Virus record (IMG/VR): IMGVR_UViG_3300041402_000456
Span: 1-30,764 of that record
Direction: 5' to 3' (one strand)
From: a virus
Lineage: Duplodnaviria > Caudoviricetes
DNA length: 30,764 nt
Positions within the stretch are counted from its first letter, which is position 1, and every line of letters starts with the position of its first letter. This document shows, piece by piece, positions 1 through 6,668 of the stretch. A program made the translations under genes and the position numbers. The notes under the pieces are model-generated. The model was not told the origin of the DNA and searched no databases. It saw only the letters and a list, made by a program, of their open reading frames with translations.

Positions 1-154
1 GCTGTTTGAGGTCTTCAAGACGATTGCAAGCATCTAACAACCTTGATGTTTTAGTCGGACACCATTCTTGCTCTTCCTCGTAAGCATCTGCGGCTAACTG
101 AGCCGCCGCTCTTTGTATTTTTATAAAGTCTTTTGTTGATACTGTTTCACTCAT
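1..154 (-). CDS. hypothetical protein, runs off the window edge (MSETVSTKDFIKIQRAAAQL...)
   Basis: Translated by hand. ATG at 154 preceded by GAAAGGAACAGGA; open to position 1. Confidence 0.6.
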   Translation of the reverse strand, partial: MSETVSTKDFIKIQRAAAQLAADAYEEEQEWCPTKTSRLLDACNRLEDLKQ

Positions 155-184
155 AATCCTGTTCCTTTCATAATATCTCCTATT

Positions 185-340
185 TCAGCCTAAATATGGT
201 TCGAGTTTTTCTATGAGTTGTTTCAACTCTTTTTCCCAAATAATCGAGGCCGTACAATTCGATGAAGGGAAATCCCCGTGCCAAATCTTCAAGGCTTGCA
301 CAATCAACTTAACTTCTACTTCTGTAAGTTCTATATCCAT
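185..340 (-). CDS. hypothetical protein, 51 aa (MDIELTEVEVKLIVQAL...)
   Basis: Translated by hand. SD GAGGT before the ATG; fits the leftward gene array. Confidence 0.65.
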   Translation of the reverse strand: MDIELTEVEVKLIVQALKIWHGDFPSSNCTASIIWEKELKQLIEKLEPYLG

Positions 341-430
341 AATTACCTCATTTCAGCCCATATCAGCCATATCCAAGCCCACCGCGTTGCCCAGGATGGA
401 CGAACTGCCTGCCGAGGGTATCAGAGTGCC

Positions 431-649
431 CTACTTTATATTTAGTAACTTGAAAACCTCTTTTTGCGTCATTTTTCGTCCAAGAATTTTTTCTGCGTTT
501 TTTCTGAACTTTCCTATTTTTTTGAGAGCATCAATTATTTCACACTTTTTAATATGCTCTCGGTGTTTCTTTTTAGCTTCTCCAAGTGTCAATCCGCAAA
601 AGATTTCGTCACAAGCTCTACAACTAACTCTATGAATCTCTATATCCAT
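431..649 (-). CDS. hypothetical protein with a CxxC...H...C (zinc-finger-like) pattern
   Basis: ORF track 431..688. The ATG at 649 (MDIEIHRVSCRAC) is preferred because it directly follows the upstream stop at 651. Confidence 0.6.
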   Translation of the reverse strand: MDIEIHRVSCRACDEIFCGLTLGEAKKKHREHIKKCEIIDALKKIGKFRKNAEKILGRKMTQKEVFKLLNIK

Positions 650-650
650 A

Positions 651-737
651 TCAAGACAAAAGTTGGTACAGCCCCCACCAAAACACAACGAGATAGATAA
701 TCATTAACAATATTATCCAACTGTATCTATGCTTCAT
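651..737 (-). CDS. small membrane peptide, 28 aa (MKHRYSWIILLMIIYLVVFWWGLYQLLS)
   Basis: Translated by hand. SD AAGGA; one hydrophobic segment. Confidence 0.45.
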   Translation of the reverse strand: MKHRYSWIILLMIIYLVVFWWGLYQLLS

Positions 738-747
738 TTTAGTATCC

Positions 748-894
748 TTATCTTTGGTTTCTTGGGATTCTTTTAAGTCGAGCTTCCATTTGTAATCTGT
801 ATAAGTCGCAGAGAACATCGTTCACTGAAACATATTCGCTATGCTTAGCAATGGCTCGATATTTAGCCTCAAGCCTTTTTATCTCGGTTATCAT
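748..894 (-). CDS. hypothetical protein, 48 aa (MITEIKRLEAKYRAIAK...)
   Basis: Translated by hand. SD GGGAG; fills the gap between neighbouring genes. Confidence 0.55.
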   Translation of the reverse strand: MITEIKRLEAKYRAIAKHSEYVSVNDVLCDLYRLQMEARLKRIPRNQR

Positions 895-1087
895 TATTTT
901 CTCCCTGCCATTGTATTATTATAAGGGCGATAACTTGACGACTGCGGAGGCTGCCTTCTGAGCCAGTAGCTTTTTTCACTAAGTCAGCTACTTGATTTAA
1001 CCGCTCGACAAGCCGATAATCAAGCAAATCCGGTTCTGTATCAAGCAAGTTTGCTGCAATTTCACAATGTTTATTTTTGTAATCCAT
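869..1087 (-). CDS. hypothetical protein, 72 aa
   Basis: ORF track; SD GAAAGGA upstream. Confidence 0.65.
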   Translation of the reverse strand: MDYKNKHCEIAANLLDTEPDLLDYRLVERLNQVADLVKKATGSEGSLRSRQVIALIIIQWQGENNDNRDKKA

Positions 1088-1116
1088 TGTCCTATCCTTT
1101 CAGAGTTAGGTTTTAA

Positions 1117-1186
1117 GCTGACGGGCAGGATTTGAACCTGCGACCTCCGACGTCTCAGCGCTCTACCAGACTGAGCTACCGCCAGC
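1117..1186 (-). ncRNA. tRNA-like RNA with a truncated anticodon arm (no 7-nt anticodon loop)
   Basis: Minus strand reads GCTGGCGG TA GCTC AGTCTGGTA GAGC G CTGA GACG TCGG AGGTC GCAGG TTCAAAT CCTGC CCGTCAGC. It has an 8-bp acceptor, canonical D and T arms, a 4-bp stem plus tetraloop where the anticodon arm should be, and no encoded CCA. Confidence 0.8.
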
Positions 1187-1402
1187 CGTTATTTCCACAG
1201 CATACGTTTTAATAATTTGCTTCTGATTTTTGATTCGCATAAATTTCAAGACAATTTTGTTCAATGCAATATCACAGTCAGTACAAACCCCTGCCCATTT
1301 ATTGCCCAGTGAGCATATCTGCCATTGCTGAGTCGATGGTTTTCCGCATCTTAAACAAGGTACGCGGGACAAGCCTAATTCAGTATAAGGTTTTCGTCTC
1401 AT
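1163..1402 (-). CDS. small Cys-rich (CxxC...CxxC) hypothetical protein; its stop lies inside the tRNA-like RNA
   Basis: ORF track; CLRC and CTDC motifs; ATGA overlap with the upstream gene. Confidence 0.6.
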   Translation of the reverse strand: MRRKPYTELGLSRVPCLRCGKPSTQQWQICSLGNKWAGVCTDCDIALNKIVLKFMRIKNQKQIIKTYAVEITAGGSSVW

Positions 1403-1575
1403 TTTTCGACTTTTTCAATCCTGTATCCGAGGCCACTGATTTTGCTAACAGTTATAGTCATATTCTTTTTGCATTGAGTACATTTATGCGGTATTTGTCC
1501 CCGTTGATTATGTTTTCTCTGGACAGCCCCGCAATAAGGGCAATTAAATTGCAAGCCAAACCAACTACGTTTCAT
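1399..1575 (-). CDS. zinc-ribbon protein, 58 aa (CPYC...CTQC)
   Basis: Translated by hand: MKRSWFGLQFNCPYCGAVQRKHNQRGQIPHKCTQCKK.... SD GAAAGGA. Confidence 0.65.
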   Translation of the reverse strand: MKRSWFGLQFNCPYCGAVQRKHNQRGQIPHKCTQCKKNMTITVSKISGLGYRIEKVEK

Positions 1576-1588
1576 TTCTTATCCTTTC

Positions 1589-1639
1589 AAAAAAACAGCA
1601 TACGCCGGAGCGTTGTCGTGCGCTCCAGTGTTGGCTGTT
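1589..1639 (-). terminator. putative intrinsic terminator
   Basis: Inner stem GGAGCG/CGCTCC inside an outer AACAGC/GCTGTT stem, followed by a T run on the minus strand. Confidence 0.5.
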
Positions 1640-1913
1640 AGGGTTTTTCAGCTTTGGTAATAGCCTCTATTGCTCTTTTGGTATTATTCGGCCATTTTTT
1701 CTGTAAGGCGGGCGGCATTGCTCCAAGTAATCCTACGCAAGCATTTAGCAAATCAGGTGCCGCCGTTATAAGACGGGCATTGGCCAGAGATTCTAAAAGA
1801 GAATATCCCTTAGTTTGAACATCACAAATCAATGCTTCACCATTTTCTTTTTTGGCGATTATGCTCATTATTTCTCGGTCAACAAACCATTCGCCTTTTG
1901 TATATCCTGCCAT
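1638..1913 (-). CDS. conserved phage hypothetical protein (ANARLIxAAPDLL family)
   Basis: N-terminal YTKGEW and ANARLITAAPDLL are typical of a widespread small phage protein family; SD AGGAG. Confidence 0.75.
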   Translation of the reverse strand: MAGYTKGEWFVDREIMSIIAKKENGEALICDVQTKGYSLLESLANARLITAAPDLLNACVGLLGAMPPALQKKWPNNTKRAIEAITKAEKP

Positions 1914-1925
1914 TTTTCTAATCTC

Positions 1926-2399
1926 CTAAAAATTAGTGTTTGCAAATTCACCGAAAAGTTCTATTGCTTTTTTATCGTATGCTTTTGCAGCATCAATTTC
2001 ATTCTTAAAAGTGCCAAGACAATGTTTTTTGCCATTACATCGGATTTGGCCTCTCCATTTACTGCGATTTTCATTCAAATATAATCCTTTGTATCTTGAA
2101 TGGCCTTTTTGTATTGCTCGATTTTGTAAATTCTGTGTTTGGGTACAAATACGCAAATTATATTTTCGGTTATCATAGCCTTTATGATTTTTATGGTCAG
2201 TGTGCATTCCTTCGGGAGTATTCATAATAAGACGGTGCATAAAAATTATCTTTCCTCGATTTTTTTCTATTTGAATCCACCGACAAGCATACCAAGTATA
2301 TTTGTTTATTAAAGCACACCATTTCCATTTGTTCAGCCATTCAAAATCCTCATCGTCAACGATTGCATATTTACCTTGTGTAAGTGGTATTCGTTTCAT
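1926..2399 (-). CDS. HNH homing endonuclease with C-terminal AP2 DNA-binding domain
   Basis: MKRIPLTQGKYAIVDDED start, MHRLIM...TDHKNH..DNRKYNLR HNH motif, and SRYKG...KW...LGTF..E.DAAKAYD..AIELFGEFA.TNF AP2 motif. Confidence 0.92.
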   Translation of the reverse strand: MKRIPLTQGKYAIVDDEDFEWLNKWKWCALINKYTWYACRWIQIEKNRGKIIFMHRLIMNTPEGMHTDHKNHKGYDNRKYNLRICTQTQNLQNRAIQKGHSRYKGLYLNENRSKWRGQIRCNGKKHCLGTFKNEIDAAKAYDKKAIELFGEFANTNF

Positions 2400-2505
2400 A
2401 ATAACCCAAGTAAGATTATAGCCCCGGCACCGCTGGAAAGGCCGACAAGCCAGACTTGAGAAGGTGCCAGGGCTGTTTGTTTCGTTGTTTTCATGATCGG
2501 CCTCT
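2396..2505 (-). promoter_or_regulatory. leader ORF (32 aa, 2494-2396) plus large-loop hairpin, copy 1
   Basis: 12-bp stem 2420-2431/2463-2474 with a 31-nt loop; the leader's TGA overlaps the HNH-AP2 ATG (ATGA). Confidence 0.55.
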
Positions 2506-2541
2506 CTTTCTTTAATATAGTTTACGGGTTAAAATACATAA

Positions 2542-2669
2542 GGCAGTAGGCAGGATTTGAACCTGCTTCACATTTATCTTCTTCAAGCCATTATTAGAAC
2601 TTTGCGTGTAAGCTCCTCTTTCCTCTCGGCGCTCTTTGGAGCCAGCGTTTCCCACACGCCGCTACTGCC
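2542..2669 (-). ncRNA. tRNA-like RNA with an expanded central region
   Basis: Acceptor GGCAGTAG/CTACTGCC, D-like stem GCGT/ACGC and T arm GCAGG TTCAAAT CCTGC. About 78 nt replace the anticodon and variable arms; no CCA. Confidence 0.7.
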
Positions 2670-2674
2670 GGTTT

Positions 2675-2866
2675 TTAGGCTAATGTTTTCCGCGAATTAT
2701 TCGGATATAATACACGGATTGATAATGAATCGTAGTGAGCGGATAATCTGCTGAGCTTGTTTCTGGCTTCGATTTCGGTTAGATAATACTTTGTGAGTCG
2801 ATGCCAGACTGTACCGATACAAGAAGGTTTCTTTTCCGATACATAATACTTTGTTGGTCTTTTCAT
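2675..2866 (-). CDS. hypothetical protein, 63 aa
   Basis: ORF track; SD GAAAGG upstream. Confidence 0.55.
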   Translation of the reverse strand: MKRPTKYYVSEKKPSCIGTVWHRLTKYYLTEIEARNKLSRLSAHYDSLSIRVLYPNNSRKTLA

Positions 2867-2904
2867 TTTGTCGGCCTTTCAAATAAGTTGATATTGTTAT
2901 TCTT

Positions 2905-2946
2905 TTATTCACTTATTCACTTTTTATTCACTTTTGAAAGTGAATA
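2905..2946. repeat. three direct TTATTCACT copies plus one inverted copy
   Basis: Copies at 2905, 2913 and 2924; palindrome TATTCACTTT-TG-AAAGTGAATA at 2925-2946. Confidence 0.7.
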
Positions 2947-2948
2947 TT

Positions 2949-3098
2949 TTAGGTTTCGCGGCGTTTCAATTCATTTTCTGCTTCTTCGATGTAATCTTTG
3001 CAGGACTCAATTTCACTTAAAAACACCCTGATTTGCTCTTGCGTTTCGATAATTGATTGTTTGATAAATTCAGTTGTGTCGTTTTCTAAGAGATTCAT
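2949..3098 (-). CDS. acidic coiled-coil hypothetical protein, 49 aa (MNLLENDTTEFIKQSIIE...)
   Basis: Translated by hand; SD GAGGT. Confidence 0.65.
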   Translation of the reverse strand: MNLLENDTTEFIKQSIIETQEQIRVFLSEIESCKDYIEEAENELKRRET

Positions 3099-3208
3099 TT
3101 TATTACCTCATAAATAAAGCTCCGACACGATATGAACTCTGACCAAAGAGGAGGGAAAGTGCCGGAGCTTTTTGTTAGGCTGTTTTGATTGTATTGGTCA
3201 GCTTTCAT
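3095..3208 (-). promoter_or_regulatory. leader ORF (37 aa) plus large-loop hairpin, copy 2
   Basis: 13-bp stem 3116-3128/3159-3171 with a 30-nt loop; the leader's TGA overlaps the ATG at 3098. Confidence 0.55.
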
Positions 3209-3217
3209 ACTATACTC

Positions 3218-3246
3218 ATTATCGACCATTTTTGCCTATTTGTAAA
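3218..3246 (-). promoter_or_regulatory. sigma70-type leftward promoter
   Basis: TTTACA-N17-GATAAT on the minus strand, just before the leader ATG at 3208. Confidence 0.6.
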
Positions 3247-3342
3247 GAACTATTTACTTGACAGCAACCCCGCCAAGTGGTAAGTATAGCGATATAAAGC
3301 CTTTATGAGCGAGAATATATTTTCAATCGGCTGATTATTCTT

Positions 3343-3371
3343 TTGACTTTTGGTTTGGAATATGTTAGTTT
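3343..3371 (+). promoter_or_regulatory. sigma70-type rightward promoter
   Basis: TTGACT-N17-TAGTTT with an extended TG. A second candidate TTGACA lies at 3258-3263. Confidence 0.5.
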
Positions 3372-3380
3372 GTGGTTGAT

Positions 3381-3482
3381 TTACTGGTGGCGGCGTGGCG
3401 TAGTGTGCTGTAACAGGTAATTGCTGACAGTTGGGTTCGCCTAAACAGTACGGCGGATGGGTCTGTATCTGCCTGCCAGTAA
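3381..3482 (+). ncRNA. third tRNA-shaped structured RNA (degenerate)
   Basis: 10-bp closing stem TTACTGGTGG/CTGCCAGTAA, the same CGGCGTG junction as 2542-2669, a UUCG hairpin, and an adjacent T-arm-position stem GCGGAT/ATCTGC without the TTCRA loop. Confidence 0.45.
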
Positions 3483-3560
3483 TTCATATATTGAAACGAA
3501 CATTGTGAAAACGGAGTGAGTAGCAATGATAAAAGATAGATTAGCAGTTGAGCTTGTTAT

Positions 3561-3602
3561 GCCAGTAGCCCTCGGCATAGGTCGGGGTTACTGGCTTTTT
3601 TT
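3561..3602 (+). terminator. intrinsic terminator
   Basis: GCCAGTAGCCCTCGGC ATAG GTCGGGGTTACTGGC followed by a T run. Confidence 0.7.
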
Positions 3603-3906
3603 ATGGCCGAGGGGATTCCGGTAGGCCAAGACAATTAGTTCAGTGGATTGTGTCCCACGTTTGACAGACAGGCATAACGCAAACGATATTGGCGCAGTAG
3701 AATATCAGGCATAACAAGACGCAAGGACATAATGAGATACCCTACCTTGCGCCACTATTTAATAGTGAGCTGACTTGGTTGTAGCTTGTATCGACCGTAC
3801 AAAAATGGGTGAAATTCCAAGCAGATTCGACACTAACGACCGACGGTGCGAATGACCCAAAATTCCATTGGGTTATTCTATCCAAACTCTCTCTGGTACG
3901 AATGAT

Positions 3907-4089
3907 ATGCTAACCAAAGACCAGAACCATATAAATAGTATAAGTCAGAACATAAAGGACTTTAAGTGCAAAAAGAAAATAGGTGATTGCAAAAAGTGCT
4001 CAAAAATGCCAATCTGTGAACGTTTCCCTGTATTATACAAAGAATTGGCTGAATTTATCAATAAAGGGTTAATTACCCCCGTTTGTTAG
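3907..4089 (+). CDS. small Cys-rich hypothetical protein
   Basis: ORF track 3868..4089; the ATG at 3907 is preferred over the TTG. The start is uncertain. Confidence 0.45.
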   Translation: MLTKDQNHINSISQNIKDFKCKKKIGDCKKCSKMPICERFPVLYKELAEFINKGLITPVC

Positions 4090-4102
4090 TCGGTCTAAGA
4101 AT

Positions 4103-4342
4103 ATGAACGAAGTACAGGAATATCAAACAGCATTTTCAAGGGCTGTTTATAATCAGATGAGAAAAGATACAGGATGCCCGCCAGTAATCGCAGTAAGGCT
4201 AACTCCTGCTCATTGGGGATGGTATGTAGAAATGAAAGATGGTTCTTTTAGTATTGACTCAATACCAGCTTCAGAATGTAGCGATGTATGGGAAGCAAAA
4301 TGTAAGTGTATAGAGGGCTGGCAGTTAGCATTGACAACATAG
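4103..4342 (+). CDS. hypothetical protein, 79 aa
   Basis: ORF track; part of the rightward array. Confidence 0.6.
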   Translation: MNEVQEYQTAFSRAVYNQMRKDTGCPPVIAVRLTPAHWGWYVEMKDGSFSIDSIPASECSDVWEAKCKCIEGWQLALTT

Positions 4343-4357
4343 CCCGGATGTAAGAAT

Positions 4358-4528
4358 ATGAGTGTAGAATGGTTAAAAAATTCAACCCCAGGTACAATGC
4401 CCAGGGATAGAGAAGTTGATAATGGGCCGACAGCAATAGAAAAAAGCTGTTTTCAGGAAATAAGAGAGCTAAAGTCTGAGAACGCCAAACTCAAGAAACA
4501 GCTTGACAGCATAAGGCAGGAAATATGA
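4358..4528 (+). CDS. hypothetical protein with C-terminal coiled coil, 56 aa
   Basis: Translated by hand: MSVEWLKNSTPG...IRELKSENAKLKKQLDSIRQEI. ATGA overlap with the next gene. Confidence 0.6.
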   Translation: MSVEWLKNSTPGTMPRDREVDNGPTAIEKSCFQEIRELKSENAKLKKQLDSIRQEI

Positions 4529-4704
4529 GATACAAAGTAAAGATGATTTGCAGAGAAATATGGCGAGCCGAGACTGTTGTAGATACGGGCGAGGGGGATG
4601 TTGATTTAGAAGATGTTAAAGATTCGGCTTGGCTTGCTTTCGATAAGAATAAGTCTAAAGATTTAGAACAAGAGAATTTTACAAAAGTAGAAATAATAAA
4701 ATGA
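4525..4704 (+). CDS. hypothetical protein, 59 aa (MRYKVKMICREIW...)
   Basis: Translated by hand; ATGA coupling. Confidence 0.6.
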   Translation: MRYKVKMICREIWRAETVVDTGEGDVDLEDVKDSAWLAFDKNKSKDLEQENFTKVEIIK

Positions 4705-4770
4705 CACAGCTTATGATAGAGTTAAATAGTTTTGAATACGGCATTTAGGACAAAATAGGCTAAAATAAAG

Positions 4771-5238
4771 ATGACCGAATTTGACAACTACGAGCACTTA
4801 AACAGCGATTCAAATATTGGCAAGCCAGAGCTTGAAACGTTGGATTACAAACCTGAACAGCCAAAGTGTAAGACTTGTGATGTATGCGGAGAAAAATGGT
4901 CTCCAAGGCATTTTTGGTATTGTAAAGGTAAAAAATCAACCGAACAGCCAATAACAAGCAAGGAAGAGGCCGAAGAGGTAGCCCGGGAGCTTTTCAAGGT
5001 ATCCGAGCAGCCAGTAGGATGTCCCGATTTAGAAACTGCACACTTAGGGATACCAAACAAGACTGAACAGCCAAACCCAAACGCAATGGTATTCGAGCAA
5101 ATCGAGGGCTGTTGTGATATTATAGATAAGCTATTGAAAGAGCTAAAACCGCAAACAGATGATGTTAAAGATTGTATGGTAACTCATAAGTCTTGGAGAG
5201 TTAACAACTTAAAGCACTTAAAAGAGGCTTTTGAATGA
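4771..5238 (+). CDS. hypothetical protein with four xEQP junction motifs and a CxxC segment
   Basis: ORF track. Confidence 0.65.
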   Translation: MTEFDNYEHLNSDSNIGKPELETLDYKPEQPKCKTCDVCGEKWSPRHFWYCKGKKSTEQPITSKEEAEEVARELFKVSEQPVGCPDLETAHLGIPNKTEQPNPNAMVFEQIEGCCDIIDKLLKELKPQTDDVKDCMVTHKSWRVNNLKHLKEAFE

Positions 5239-5369
5239 TACATTGGATTTGGTTAATATGGATGCTACCAATCTTATTGATAGGAATTGATATTGGTATG
5301 TGTTGGTGTAAGTATTGGTTAATGAAAGATATCCGAACCTTAGAGAAAAGAATAAAGGCTTTTGAATAA
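5235..5369 (+). CDS. small membrane protein, 44 aa (MIHWIWLIWMLPILLIG...)
   Basis: Translated by hand; ATGA and TAATG overlaps at the two ends. Confidence 0.55.
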   Translation: MIHWIWLIWMLPILLIGIDIGMCWCKYWLMKDIRTLEKRIKAFE

Positions 5370-5878
5370 TGGCTAATAGACTATCAGAAGAAAAAGCTCA
5401 AGCAATAGCCGTTGAGTATTGGGAAAATAGTTTAACTGCCAAGCAGTTAGAGATAGGCAAAGAGTCTGTTCAGCAGTTTATTGAAATCTTTCACTTAGCT
5501 TTATGGATGCGAAAAATAGGGACAGCCAATAGGGTTATTCGTTGCATCGAGAATATGAGAGGATTAAAGTTATATATTACTGAGAAGCAAGCAAAATGGC
5601 TTTGCAAGGCCAAAGGAATTATAAGGTGGGTATTGTTGCCTGAAAATAGAGAATTAAGGAGAGGAGCATATCTAGGTGAACGTTCAACGAAAGAATACAA
5701 TGATTGGAGAATAGCTGTCTTAAGCAGAGATAACAGGACTTGCCAAGAATGTGGGGACAAGAAAAATATTATAACACACCATAAAAAGAGTTATTTGTAT
5801 TATCCAAAGCTAAGAATAGATGTTAATAATGGCGTTACTTTGTGTAGAGAATGTCACACAATAGAGCATAGAAAGTAA
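5369..5878 (+). CDS. HNH endonuclease upstream of the terminase
   Basis: C-terminal WRIAVLSRDNRTCQECG...HH...NGVTLCRECH HNH/zinc motif. Confidence 0.85.
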   Translation: MANRLSEEKAQAIAVEYWENSLTAKQLEIGKESVQQFIEIFHLALWMRKIGTANRVIRCIENMRGLKLYITEKQAKWLCKAKGIIRWVLLPENRELRRGAYLGERSTKEYNDWRIAVLSRDNRTCQECGDKKNIITHHKKSYLYYPKLRIDVNNGVTLCRECHTIEHRK

Positions 5879-6313
5879 ATGTTACAGACGACAAAAGAAA
5901 GATATAGTGACTTTGCCTCAAAATATGTGAATAACGGTCTTAATGGGGCTAAAGCAGCAAGAGACGCTGGATATAAAGAACACAGTGCCAGAAGTATAGC
6001 TTGTCAACTCTTAACGATACCTTACGTGAAAGATGAAATAAATCGTTTACAAGCATTAGAAGCTAAAAAAGCAGGCTTTACAATTCAAGATGCTCATCAA
6101 TTATACACTCATGCTTACGCAATGGCCGAAAGAACAAGGCAAAGTGGAGCAATGGTTAGTGCTGTTACAGGTATCGCTCGATTGTATGGATACGACAAGG
6201 ACGCCAATATCGGCGAAAAGACTATAATCATCATAAGTCCGAAAGTTGTCGAGAGTAGGGCTATAGAGTCGCAGGAGGCTATTGAAAGCGAAAATGAGGT
6301 GGATAATGTATAA
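5879..6313 (+). CDS. terS: terminase small subunit
   Basis: FASKYVNNGLNGAKAARDAGY..HSA..IA..LL.IP.V..EI matches the Terminase_2-type N-terminal HTH. Confidence 0.85.
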   Translation: MLQTTKERYSDFASKYVNNGLNGAKAARDAGYKEHSARSIACQLLTIPYVKDEINRLQALEAKKAGFTIQDAHQLYTHAYAMAERTRQSGAMVSAVTGIARLYGYDKDANIGEKTIIIISPKVVESRAIESQEAIESENEVDNV

Positions 6314-6668
6314 AGACGAGCATTTACAGAAAGAGGCTAACAAGCGGGCTTCACAACGTCGCAGGGATAAGATTAAACAGCAGGGTATGACGCTGGTTCC
6401 CGAAAAAGGTATGATTAATCAAGGTATCGTCATACCCGACCATCCAGTGCCCGTCATACCCAAGCGTGGCAAGGACATCAGGTGCTTCGCAGATCCGAAA
6501 GCCTTGCCACCTCTGACGCAAGCTCAAATACTTTTAAGTAGGCATGGTGTGCATTGTTCTCCAAGTCTTGTGTGTTCAATACCTGGCGATACGGTTACTG
6601 GCAAGCCTGGAGATGCAGACTACAACGGTATCTGCACCCCTGAATGGAGAGCAGAGCATGGAAGATAA
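6306..6668 (+). CDS. hypothetical protein (MYKDEHLQKEANKRASQRRR...)
   Basis: ORF track 6282..6668; the ATG at 6306 follows SD GAGGT. Confidence 0.55.
   Translation: MYKDEHLQKEANKRASQRRRDKIKQQGMTLVPEKGMINQGIVIPDHPVPVIPKRGKDIRCFADPKALPPLTQAQILLSRHGVHCSPSLVCSIPGDTVTGKPGDADYNGICTPEWRAEHGR

Noticed and set aside
345-431. GC-rich intergenic stretch with TCAGCC(C)ATA-like repeats as a possible hammerhead ribozyme
   Set aside because: The CUGAUGA core and the three required stems could not be built.
1117-2669. Calling the tRNA-like elements ordinary tRNAs, a tmRNA or att sites
   Set aside because: Neither has a canonical anticodon loop, there is no tag reading frame or tmRNA length, and no integrase is in the window. 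The shared 18-mer is only the T arm, with different acceptor strands.
213-3031. Plus-strand ORFs over the leftward region (213..635, 1264..1641, 1815..2084, 2801..3031 and others)
   Set aside because: They are shadows of minus-strand genes that have SD sites and coupled starts and stops.
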